A stretch of 64,000 nucleotides of DNA, taken from positions 3,411,340 through 3,475,339 of the forward strand of contig OZ253474.1 in the NCBI GenBank assembly GCA_965261695.1, written 5' to 3'. A model generated the notes under the pieces. It was given only the letters and a program-made list of their open reading frames with translations. It did not search any database and was not told the origin of the DNA. The DNA is from Caldilineaceae bacterium (GTDB lineage: Bacteria > Chloroflexota > Anaerolineae > Caldilineales > Caldilineaceae). The translations under genes were made by a program, and so were the position numbers. Shown one piece after another: positions 8,102 through 16,797 of the stretch. How positions within the stretch are numbered: the stretch's first letter is position 1; every line of letters starts with the position of its first letter.

Positions 8102-10315
8102 TCAGTCGCTCGGCTCCAGCAGGTCCTCCGTCTGTCCGCTGTGAATCAGCAGAACCGTCCCAACCGCGCTGATCCAGTCGTTGAGCTGGTTGCCGTATCT
8201 CTCACGTTCTTCGGGCTCTGGCCGGTTCATGCCCAGCAACGTCAGGTCGGTCTGTCTGCTCCAGGTCTTCACCGTCTCCGGGAACGGCTCATCTTGCGGT
8301 GGGACGACAATGACCGGCTCGGCGGCAACCCGCACCCTGTCCAGGAGGGCGCGCAGATGGGCCTCGGTCTGTTCGCGTCCTTCCCCGCGCGGCAGGATTT
8401 GCAGCAGGCGAATCGATGCCCCGTCCCAGGTTGGATCTTGCGAGATGATATGCGCCAAAAGAAGCATCAGGTCGCCATTGCGGCTGTGCCCCCGCCACCA
8501 GACGTCGATGATCTTGCGGTTGCCGAAACCGCGCGCCTCGTCGTGATGCAAGAACAGGACCGATTTGTCCAACTCGTACAACGTCGACAACAGGCGCAAT
8601 GACAGGGCGCGCCCGCCGACCGTATCGCTCCAGCCCATCAGAACCGAGTTCGGCTCAAGACCGCCGACGCCGTGAGATTGGCACACGGTCACGGCGCCGG
8701 CGTAAAAGCTGTCCACGATGTCAGCCTCGGCAAAGGCCGACATGTTCTGCTCAAGGATGAATGTGCGGATCTGTCGCCGCGCCACGCTGCGCAGCCGTTT
8801 TTGCGCCAACTGATCGATATCCCCGACCAGCAGTTGATAGAAGGAGACGATGCCATAGCCGCGGCTGAGCCAATGGGCAACCTCCACCAACGGCGCGCGG
8901 TTGTGGGGCTGGCCGGTGAAGACCAGGATGTTGGGCCGCCAGTTCTTGGGGTGATAAGCTAAACGCTCCAGGTTTAGGAGCGATTGCCGCGCCAGGGAGA
9001 ACCAGATGCCGTTGCGCACATCGCCCCAGGTGCGAATGGTGGAACGGCGTTCCAGATAGAAGTAGATGCCATAGCTGATCAGGATAGCGATTAAGGTGGC
9101 GAGCGGGTTGATCACGAACATCGCGCCGTAGCAGCCCGCCGCGCCCAGGAGTGAGAGGCTGGGATGGATTCTTGCGCGCGGCCGGAAGCTGGGGTTGCCC
9201 ACCAGTTTTTCGATGCCCGCCACCAGGTTGGTCATGCCGTAGGTGTTGAGGAAAAACATGGTGATGATCGGCGCAACCACGTTCAGATCGCCGGCCCAGA
9301 TGACCGCGAGGGCGATGCCTGCAGTGACGAGGACGCCGAGGCGCGGCTCGGTTCGGCTGCCCAAGCGGGCGCCGATCACGCGCGGCACGATTCCATCCTG
9401 CGCCATCGCCTGCAGCGTGCGCGGCGCGGCCACGATGCTGCCCAAGGCGGAGGAGAGCGTCGCCGCCCAGACGCCGAGCAGGATCAGGGGTGGAAGCAGC
9501 GCGATGTCCTGCATGATCAGCGTGTTGCTCTTCAGTTCATGCGACGTGCCATGCAAGGAGAGCCAGATGACCGCGGCAAAGTAGACAATAGCCGTGAACA
9601 GAACCGAAAGGATCGTGCCTTTGTGAATGCTCCTGCCCGGATCTTTCAGATCGCCGGACATACTGGCGCCTACTGCGATGCCGGTGACCGCAGGGAAGAA
9701 GACAGCGAAAACGCTCCAGAAATTCATGCCTTCGCTATAAGCGGAAGTCAAGGTCGGCGCCTGGATAGCGCCCCAACCACCGGCGAAGAAGGAGAGCAGA
9801 GCCGCTATCAACGCGACCAGAATGAAATACTGTATCTTGATGGCGAAGTCCGCGCCGATGAAGGCGATGGCGCCGAAAAGAAGCGCGATCAAAGTGGCGA
9901 GCAAGCGGGGATCGATCCGGCTGAAGTAGGCGATTCCCTCCAGAGCCTCGGTGAAACCGATGATGTAGAAGGCCACCGAGATCGCCTGCGAGAGATAGAG
10001 CGGGACGCCGATGGCGCCGCCGATTTCCCGGCCGAGCGTGCGTGAGATGAGGTAATATTTTCCGCCGGCGCGAACATTCATCGAGGTGGCGATGGCCGAC
10101 AGGGACAGGCCGGTCAGGAAGCTGATGGAGTTGGCGATGACGACGATGAGCAGCGCTCCGAGCAGCCCGGTCTGGCCGACGACCCAGCCCGTGCGCAAAA
10201 AGAGAATCAGGCCCAGAATCGTGAGTACATTCGGGGTGAACACACCCTCAAACGTGCCGAATCGAGCCGACGCACTCCTTGATCGGGGCGGAACTGTCTG
10301 TGCTGATGAAGTCAT
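8102..10315 (-). CDS. APC-superfamily cation-chloride cotransporter-like (SLC12-type) permease with large cytoplasmic C-terminal domain
   Basis: 737 aa. N-terminal FGTFEGVFTPNVLTILGLILFLRTGWVVG is followed by about 12 hydrophobic helices and then a soluble tail of about 250 aa. The ATG overlaps the stop of the upstream gene (ATGA at 10312-10315). Confidence 0.8.
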   Translation of the reverse strand: MTSSAQTVPPRSRSASARFGTFEGVFTPNVLTILGLILFLRTGWVVGQTGLLGALLIVVIANSISFLTGLSLSAIATSMNVRAGGKYYLISRTLGREIGGAIGVPLYLSQAISVAFYIIGFTEALEGIAYFSRIDPRLLATLIALLFGAIAFIGADFAIKIQYFILVALIAALLSFFAGGWGAIQAPTLTSAYSEGMNFWSVFAVFFPAVTGIAVGASMSGDLKDPGRSIHKGTILSVLFTAIVYFAAVIWLSLHGTSHELKSNTLIMQDIALLPPLILLGVWAATLSSALGSIVAAPRTLQAMAQDGIVPRVIGARLGSRTEPRLGVLVTAGIALAVIWAGDLNVVAPIITMFFLNTYGMTNLVAGIEKLVGNPSFRPRARIHPSLSLLGAAGCYGAMFVINPLATLIAILISYGIYFYLERRSTIRTWGDVRNGIWFSLARQSLLNLERLAYHPKNWRPNILVFTGQPHNRAPLVEVAHWLSRGYGIVSFYQLLVGDIDQLAQKRLRSVARRQIRTFILEQNMSAFAEADIVDSFYAGAVTVCQSHGVGGLEPNSVLMGWSDTVGGRALSLRLLSTLYELDKSVLFLHHDEARGFGNRKIIDVWWRGHSRNGDLMLLLAHIISQDPTWDGASIRLLQILPRGEGREQTEAHLRALLDRVRVAAEPVIVVPPQDEPFPETVKTWSRQTDLTLLGMNRPEPEERERYGNQLNDWISAVGTVLLIHSGQTEDLLEPSD

Positions 10316-11598
10316 AAGCGATGCGTGACCTCCTGCATAGCGGAACGCCAGCTGGCCGGAATCCGTTCGCCAAGTTCGATCCGTGCTGCCCCGTTAAACT
10401 GCGCCAGTTCCAGCAACGACTCTGCCGCCGCCGCCCGCGACTGTGCGTCGCTCGGCGCGTCCTGTTCCGGATGCAAGGCGTGGATGTGGTAGATGCCTGC
10501 CTTGCGATCGATTTGGGAATCCATGCGTCCGATGAAGCGGTCGCCGTGCAGCAGCGGCAACACGTAGTAGCCGTACTGCCGCTTGGCTTTGGGTACGTAG
10601 ATTTCGATGCGGTAGTGGAAATCGAAGAACTGCTGCGTGCGTTCCCGGTCACAGATGAGATTGTCGAAGGGGGAGAGAAAGACGGTGCGCGGCTCCCATC
10701 CAGCGGCCCGGATCGATTCCAGCAGCGGCAGAGCGTCGCGATGAAGATACCATTGGCCCGCCCAAGGTCCCTGCTCGCCGACGATCTGCGCCGGTAAAAC
10801 GACCTTCTCCGCCATCAGTTCGGTCAGCCTTTCCCCCAGGTTCGGGTACATATTGCGGATAAAATGGCTGTTGATCTGCTTCTGGTTCGCCACGCCCAGC
10901 GCCTTCAACGAGCGTTGGCAGGCAAGGCGCACAACCTCCTCTTCGTCCGGCAACTCTTCGTCCGGCAACTCCTCGTCGGCCCACGCCGGCAGCCAGGCGT
11001 CGCGCAGATGCCACAGCCTCTGGTTTCCGCGGCGGCCCACTGAAATGACAACGCCAAGTCCGTTAAGAAAATCGAGCATGCGAGAGGCGGGTTTGCCGCT
11101 GAACCAACTGGAGGCGGTCCAGCGAGCCGCCTCCAGGTCGTCGAACGCTGTGGCAGGCAAAGGTCCGTCTGCCTGAAGACGCGCGCTAATCTGTTGCTGC
11201 AGGGCCGCGTTGGCCTCCATCCACTCGCGTGCCAGTTGCACCCACGCGGCTTTGCTGTCAAAAGAGCGCCCAATCCAGCGACGAAAGAGGGGATAGTCTT
11301 CCGTCAGGACAAAGGAGGCACGGTGCGCCTCGCCTTCGATAATGTGGCGCTCCTCCTGGAGCTGATCGAGCAGGCCTGGATCGAAGGCGCCGACGCGGCT
11401 CCATAGAACGAGCAATTGTGTGCGCTCCACTGCCCGAATCGGATCGATCTGCAGGCAGTTGATCTGCCGCAAGAGTGAAAAGATGCCCTCTTTGCTTGCT
11501 TGCGGGCGCGGCGCGGTCAAACGCTGGGCGGCGATGGCCAAGCGGCGGGCTTCGGTGGGCGTGAGGATGATCGATTGCATCTTGTCGTCTAACTGCAC
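10312..11598 (-). CDS. YcaQ-like winged-helix (HTH_42 superfamily) DNA glycosylase
   Basis: 428 aa. The N-terminal LLRQINCLQIDPI contains the Q-hydrophobic-D catalytic motif reported for the YcaQ-like clade. Overall length and layout match DUF1006/YcaQ proteins. Confidence 0.7.
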   Translation of the reverse strand: MQLDDKMQSIILTPTEARRLAIAAQRLTAPRPQASKEGIFSLLRQINCLQIDPIRAVERTQLLVLWSRVGAFDPGLLDQLQEERHIIEGEAHRASFVLTEDYPLFRRWIGRSFDSKAAWVQLAREWMEANAALQQQISARLQADGPLPATAFDDLEAARWTASSWFSGKPASRMLDFLNGLGVVISVGRRGNQRLWHLRDAWLPAWADEELPDEELPDEEEVVRLACQRSLKALGVANQKQINSHFIRNMYPNLGERLTELMAEKVVLPAQIVGEQGPWAGQWYLHRDALPLLESIRAAGWEPRTVFLSPFDNLICDRERTQQFFDFHYRIEIYVPKAKRQYGYYVLPLLHGDRFIGRMDSQIDRKAGIYHIHALHPEQDAPSDAQSRAAAAESLLELAQFNGAARIELGERIPASWRSAMQEVTHRL

Positions 11599-11625
11599 TC
11601 CGTGCGGTTGAGGAACCGACAGAAT

Positions 11626-13170
11626 TTAGCGCGCATAAGCGAGAAATTGTACTTCCTGGTGCAGCTCTTGCGCGAGATTCAAGAGGCTGAGACTGCGCAA
11701 AACGCCGGCCGCAATCGGCCTCTTGTCATTCCAGAAGATGAAGGAACGATAGAACTGCTGCGCCGGTTCGGAATTCAGCAGATCGGCCACAAAATGGGCT
11801 TCTTCGTGGGCGTGGCAAGGGATGAAGTAGCAGGTATCGTCGAAAACGACCGGTTTGTTCTGATGCGGCCCGACGACGACGAAGCGCAACTGCTTGTACA
11901 TGCCGGAGATGGCGACCTTCCAGCGGGCGAATGCGTACGCCCCGACGCCGAAGATGGCGAAGCGGGGGCGATTGCGGTAGACCGAACTGCGCCTGCTGTC
12001 CAGAATGTCCCTGTGCCGGTGCAGGTAGCGCCAGGCATTGGGCGCCTTCGTGCGGATCGGCGCCGTGTTTTCTCCGACCGCTTTCTGTGTGACCAGCATC
12101 CATCGCCGCGGCGGGGTGATGGGTGCGCGGGCCAGTCTGTCCGCCGCGCCTCCGTTGTGGTCAGACTGTCGAATCGGCGACCGGACCAAGTCGGAGCTCT
12201 TGTACATCGGGTAGAGATAGTCCGGCTCCAACTCCCAGTCGTCCCCCGAACGGTTGACGTACCGGCCATCGACGGTTCTCAGTTCCATTGCGCTGGCGCA
12301 ATCGTGCTTGATGCCGGAGCGCCATTGATACTGGGGCGGTTCGCGTTCACCGCCGCGCAGGTTTAGCCAGCGCGCGTAGGCGTCCAGGTCAGCGACCAGG
12401 CGCCCATCCCGCAGGCCGATGACGTTTGCCTGGCGCTGGGCACGCAGGTCGTCGTAGACCGCGCACTGCGGCTGCGCCTGGCGCCGGGTCGTGTCGAAGA
12501 TGAGCAGACAGGCGTCGACGGAGGCGTCGAAGGCGCGCTTGGCATTGATGCGCCACAGCTGGCAGCGGGCGGGCGGCTGCGGTTGACTCCAGGCGTATTG
12601 GAGAACCTTGCGCGCAACCTTCGTTTTGCACAGCATGGCGAGGGCGGCGGGCCTTTCATTGAGCCAGGCGATCATTTGCAGCAACATCGATTCGGAGATA
12701 TCGAAATTGCTGGCTCCGGTCAGCGCGTCGATCCCGGGCCGGCCGTGTAGATTCGCCTTGGGCGGCAGGTTCGTACTGTGCAAGGCCGACAGTCCGGTGT
12801 TTGTCACCCACGGTGGGTTGCCGAGGATGAGCAGCGGATCCGGCATCATGCGGAGAAACGGGCGCCAATCGCATGAAAAGAAGTCGCCCTGCCGTATGTC
12901 AGCGCTAATGCGGCCGGTCCCGGCGCCCAGCCGATTGCGGGCGCGCTCGACATGGCCCCCGTTGATGTCAATGCCGAACAGATGGGTAACTGAGTCGAAG
13001 GTCTTCGTGCCGCCGCGCTGGAGATTGCCGGTGCCACAGGTGGGATCGAGCAGCGATTTGGGCATGAGGCCGACATCTCGCAGCGTAAGACTTACTTGCT
13101 GCGCCAGCCATTCGGGGATCTGGAAATCACCGAATTCGGTCTTGTTTCTGCCGCCTGGCTCGCCCATCAC
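11626..13170 (-). CDS. N6-adenine-specific DNA methyltransferase (gamma class) with TaqI-like C-terminal target-recognition domain
   Basis: Motif I LLDPTCGTGN and motif IV ILGNPPWV occur in gamma order. The C-terminal half (...AWRYLHRHRDILDSRRS...FAIFGVG...DDTCYFIP...LLNSEP...) resembles the TaqI_C/Eco57I-type specificity domain. GTG 13170 or ATG 13167. Confidence 0.75.
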   Translation of the reverse strand: MMGEPGGRNKTEFGDFQIPEWLAQQVSLTLRDVGLMPKSLLDPTCGTGNLQRGGTKTFDSVTHLFGIDINGGHVERARNRLGAGTGRISADIRQGDFFSCDWRPFLRMMPDPLLILGNPPWVTNTGLSALHSTNLPPKANLHGRPGIDALTGASNFDISESMLLQMIAWLNERPAALAMLCKTKVARKVLQYAWSQPQPPARCQLWRINAKRAFDASVDACLLIFDTTRRQAQPQCAVYDDLRAQRQANVIGLRDGRLVADLDAYARWLNLRGGEREPPQYQWRSGIKHDCASAMELRTVDGRYVNRSGDDWELEPDYLYPMYKSSDLVRSPIRQSDHNGGAADRLARAPITPPRRWMLVTQKAVGENTAPIRTKAPNAWRYLHRHRDILDSRRSSVYRNRPRFAIFGVGAYAFARWKVAISGMYKQLRFVVVGPHQNKPVVFDDTCYFIPCHAHEEAHFVADLLNSEPAQQFYRSFIFWNDKRPIAAGVLRSLSLLNLAQELHQEVQFLAYAR

Positions 13171-13212
13171 GAGAGTTCCCCGCAGATGAAGAGAGAGGGA
13201 GACATTCGCGCC

Positions 13213-14373
13213 TCACCCTTCGCTCTTCAACACGGCTTCGCTGATCGCCCTATAGCCTTGCGCGGCCGCGATCAGGTCGTCCAGCTTTAACCTTTCGTTG
13301 ATGATATGCGCGTCGGCTTCGGTGGCCGGGCCGAAGCCGATCGTCGGGATGCCGGCCACGCCGGCGCTGTAGGCCGCATTGGTGCAGAAGCGGTAGGCGT
13401 TCAGCCCGGCTTCGATGCCAACGCCGTGAACCGCGGCCAGTGCGCTGGTCACGAACGGGTCGGCGTCGTCCGCCAGCCAGGCGGGGAAGAACTTTTCAGT
13501 GATGAAAGTGTGGCCGGTAAAGCTGGTGTACTCTCCTGTGCCGACGCGGGCATCCAGCTGGATATCGGCCAGTTCCGGTCGTTGCCTGACGTCGGCGAGA
13601 ACATTTTCGGCGCTTTCACCGGGGAGCAGCCGTCGATCATAGGTCACGCGGCAGATGCTGGGGATGACCGAGTGGCCGGGGTAGGGCGCGCTGATAATGT
13701 CGGTCAGCGCGAAGATGGCCGGTCCCATCTGCGGATGCTCGTTCAGTGCCAGGTCTTCCACGGCCGCGATGACCCGCATCATATCCAGCACGGCGTTGCG
13801 GCCCATCTGCGGCGCGGACGAGTGGGAGGGCCGCCCGGTCGTCGTCAGGTGGATCTCGGCGCGGCCGCGGCCGCCGCGCACGATCTGCAGGTTCGACGCT
13901 TCACCGATGACGACGAAATCGGCGCCGGTCTGCCCGATCACCTTTTCCAGAGCCACGCCCTCCAGCACCTCCTCCATCACCGATGCGCTGACGACGGCTT
14001 TGCCCTTAAGTTTGGCTCTGTCCAGCCCGCCGATGCCGTGGACCATGGCCGCCAGCGCGCCTTTCATATCGGCAGCGCCGCGCCCGTGGAGCGCGTCGTT
14101 GGTCACCTCCCCGCTGAACGGGTCCAACGCCCAGGGCACGCCGGGCGAGACGCCGACCGTGTCGGTGTGGGCGTCAAAGACGAGCGTCGGACCGGGCTGC
14201 GCGCCTTCCAGCACGCCGATGACGTTGCCAACGTCGTCCGTCCGGACGCTATCGAAATTCAGTGCTTTCATTTCGGCCTCGATGCGGCGGGCAACCTGCG
14301 CTTCCTCGCCGCTCAGGCTGGGGATGCGCACGATGTCTCTGGCAAAGGAGATCAGACGGTCGGTATCAAGCAT
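13213..14373 (-). CDS. M20-family metallohydrolase (ArgE/DapE/YgeY-like deacylase or peptidase)
   Basis: IPSLSGEE, FDAHTDTV, HGRGAADMKG, IGEASN and an ...H...E... metal-ligand pattern typical of peptidase family M20. 386 aa. Confidence 0.85.
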   Translation of the reverse strand: MLDTDRLISFARDIVRIPSLSGEEAQVARRIEAEMKALNFDSVRTDDVGNVIGVLEGAQPGPTLVFDAHTDTVGVSPGVPWALDPFSGEVTNDALHGRGAADMKGALAAMVHGIGGLDRAKLKGKAVVSASVMEEVLEGVALEKVIGQTGADFVVIGEASNLQIVRGGRGRAEIHLTTTGRPSHSSAPQMGRNAVLDMMRVIAAVEDLALNEHPQMGPAIFALTDIISAPYPGHSVIPSICRVTYDRRLLPGESAENVLADVRQRPELADIQLDARVGTGEYTSFTGHTFITEKFFPAWLADDADPFVTSALAAVHGVGIEAGLNAYRFCTNAAYSAGVAGIPTIGFGPATEADAHIINERLKLDDLIAAAQGYRAISEAVLKSEG

Positions 14374-14818
14374 CGGCGTTTCCTTTACTGCGTGAACAGT
14401 GACCGGCGGCTCATGCGGCTACTTGCCGCGATCAACCATGCTTCAGGCGCGTTGCGGAAATATAACTGAAATGTTACGGATCGCGCAACTATCTTTTTTT
14501 GTCAGGCGACAGCGCCGAACGCAAAGGCAGAGACAGCCGTTACATGGCGTAATGACTTCAGCAGTCGTCAAGGGGAGGCTTAGTGAGCGTCAGCATTTTG
14601 TGGGAGCTGTGGTTTTCAGAACTGCCTGCAGGTGGCGGCGGCAGGGCTTGCGGGGAGTTGAATTTCTAAGCGTTTTGGGAACTGACCGCCGGCAAGATCG
14701 CGCGGTCTTGCGCGGGCCGCGGCGCATGGCGCTGGACGCTGGCCGAACGCATACACCTGTCGCTTTCGTCGGCACAGTGAAGCAAGGACGCAAACGTGTA
14801 CATGGCGAACGACCTGTC

Positions 14819-15418
14819 TCAGTCGTTGGAAGAGGAGTAGTCGAACTGAGGATCCCACTCACTCCAGCCGTCCGGCGGCAGATTGAAGAGATGCCACACG
14901 CCGCAATACAGATCGCCAGGCCCGAAATCGTCCTTTGATACGCGAACGATCGTACCGTCCTCGTTCTTATGAAAGATAAAAACTCCAGGTTGGTAGCCCG
15001 ACAAAAACTTTTCGTCTTCCCTTTGGAAGCCCATGTCCTTGAAGAACGTGGTGCCCTCTGCAGAGTACATCGTGAACCGCCAACCTCGCTTCCTCGCGAA
15101 GTCTTGCTGCTCTCTCGGGCTGTCGGGTGATACCACCGCAAAGGCGGCTCGGCTCTGCAAGTGGTGAACGACGCCGTTGAACGCATCAGCCCACACGGTG
15201 CAGTTCGAGCAACCGGCGCCCATGTTGTGGATGAAGTCGTCCTTGTCTCCGAACATCTCCGAAATCTTTACGGGGCCGTCCGCACTTTTGAGTTCGTAGT
15301 CTTTCACAGGCTTGGGGGCCAACTGCCGCCGTAGCTTCATCAGCTCTTGTCGCGCCTCTCCCAACTCATTCTGGGCAACGGCGATCTCCCTCTCCAACTC
15401 TGTGTAGGTGTTAGACAC
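14819..15418 (-). CDS. DUF899-family thioredoxin-like protein
   Basis: 199 aa. N-terminal coiled coil, then the GAGCSNCTVWADAFNG Cys motif and a thioredoxin-fold-like remainder, as in DUF899 proteins. Confidence 0.65.
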   Translation of the reverse strand: MSNTYTELEREIAVAQNELGEARQELMKLRRQLAPKPVKDYELKSADGPVKISEMFGDKDDFIHNMGAGCSNCTVWADAFNGVVHHLQSRAAFAVVSPDSPREQQDFARKRGWRFTMYSAEGTTFFKDMGFQREDEKFLSGYQPGVFIFHKNEDGTIVRVSKDDFGPGDLYCGVWHLFNLPPDGWSEWDPQFDYSSSND

Positions 15419-15589
15419 GTCTTCCTCCTTGTCCTGGCACTGCGGTTGATATTGTTGTGCGGTTGAGGGGCTCCTTTGGTTTCTGACGCAGCCATGGGGA
15501 AGAGCATATTTACAGCTCGAGATTTGTCAAAGCTGGGTCCCACCTGGCAGTTGCCCAGTTTGTCGTGAGGGAGACACCTCCGTCAATTC

Positions 15590-16782
15590 GGGTGCATCCC
15601 AAATTTTTGGGGAACGTGCCCCTGCGATCGCGGGCCTCTCGCCCGCAGCCGGTTTCGGCTTCCGCGCCTGTTGAAGAACTGCTCCAATGGGTGACAGATG
15701 CAGGTTGCCTGTCGCCAGAATCGAACCGCAACTCGCCTGATTCTCGTCAACGAAGACGCCGCCTGAGCCGCTGCCATCAACTATCTCCAGCATACTGACT
15801 GCCTGAACCACAGTTCAGACAACTGCTGCGAGTCCTGCCCTTCAGAGCAACTCAGAAACGCTCCCCCATTCTGAGATACACCCTGGAATCTCCAGCAACT
15901 GCAAACGCCCCGCTTTTGTAGTACACTTGTGCGCAAGACGAACGAGCGCAGCCGCGGCCCTGCCGCAACTGCATACCGATTTCAAATGAATGCCATGCCA
16001 TTTTGCCCATCCTGCCCCCTGCGCGCGGGAGCCACGCGCAGCAAACTGCTGCCCTCCCTGCCCAGCCGCTGCTGCAACAACCCGTTGCCCGCCATTCCCG
16101 AAAAAACTATTTTGGGACGAAGAATGACGAGAAATGACGAGAAATGACGAAAAATGACGAAAGAACACGCCCAAACGTGCCCGAACGTATCCGAACACGA
16201 AAAAAAAAAATTGGCGCGACTAAACGCGACTAAACGCGACCAAACGCGACTAAACGCGACTTGGCGCGTTCGCAAACGCTCGCAAACGCTCGCAAACGCT
16301 CGTAACTGCTTGCAAACGCTCGTAAACGCTCGTAACTGCCTACACTGGCACACCTGACCTGCGCGCCCCGCACGTCGCCTGCAAGCGGCCCATAACCCCG
16401 GGCGCAGCCGAAATTCCGCCCCCATTCTTGGATTCATCCGCCCGAGGCGCCGATAGCGGAACTTCAACAGTGTCTCAACGAACGCCACTCTGTGCGTTTT
16501 GTGCGTTTTCAGTACTCAGAGTGATTGCGATGCTGTAAATCGTGGTGCGCGGGCGGATAAAACGCAGCCCAACTGCTCAGCGCCGACGCGCGCTTCCCTT
16601 GCATGGGTGCATCCCAGTTTTTCGTTAAGATGAAAGGGCGTAGACGCGGAGAAGGGGTTGAGAAGACCAAAGGGGATCCCCTGGCGATGCCTGCACTCCG
16701 CACGACTCCGCTCAGTCAAACCTGGCCTCAACTGCTTCAACCGCTTGGCTTTACTCGACGCACAATAATCTGGGATGCACCC
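15590..16782. mobile_element. non-autonomous TIR transposable element, copy 1 (1,193 bp, no conserved ORF)
   Basis: Perfect 12-bp TIRs GGGTGCATCCCA (15590-15601) and TGGGATGCACCC (16771-16782). 8-bp direct target duplication GTCAATTC (15582-15589 and 16783-16790). A second copy elsewhere in the window has a different TSD. Confidence 0.9.
16116..16340. repeat. about 22 consecutive 10-bp-phased short direct repeats (four iteron types) around an A11 run, inside element copy 1
   Basis: 5x GACGA(A/G)(A/G)AAT. 4x C(A/G)(C/T)G(C/T/A)-CC(A/G)AA-type units. A11 at 16200-16210. 5x CGCGAC(T/C)AAA. 7x CGCT-CG(C/T)AA(A/C)-type units. All lie in one 10-bp register. Confidence 0.9.
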
Positions 16783-16797
16783 GTCAATTCCGATGCC

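Noticed and set aside
14583-14669. 28-aa ORF (GTG start 4 nt after AGGGGAGG; MSVSILWELWFSELPAGGGGRACGELNF) in the 445-bp gap between the M20 and DUF899 genes
   Set aside because: It is too short to evaluate, the RBS spacing is tight, and there is no recognisable family. It would need ribosome profiling or conservation evidence.
15700-15790. tRNA-like T-loop (GGTTCGATTCT on the minus strand) inside both element copies
   Set aside because: Only about 3 bp of T-stem can pair. I could find no acceptor stem complement, no D-arm and no CCA-adjacent structure. It may be a chance match or a very degenerate tRNA-derived fragment.
15527-15811. ORF conserved in both element copies (MVQAVSMLE[I/T]VDGSGSGG...KIWDAP, also 52930..53316) as a possible element-encoded protein
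   Set aside because: It reads outward through the left TIR into unrelated flanking DNA, so its C-terminus differs between copies. It has no start context, and its apparent conservation simply reflects nucleotide identity of the element.
16116-16340. CRISPR array as an explanation for the short-repeat regions (also 21280-21657 and 53620-53870)
   Set aside because: The repeats are 7-10 bp and directly abutting, with no unique spacers. No cas genes are present in the window.
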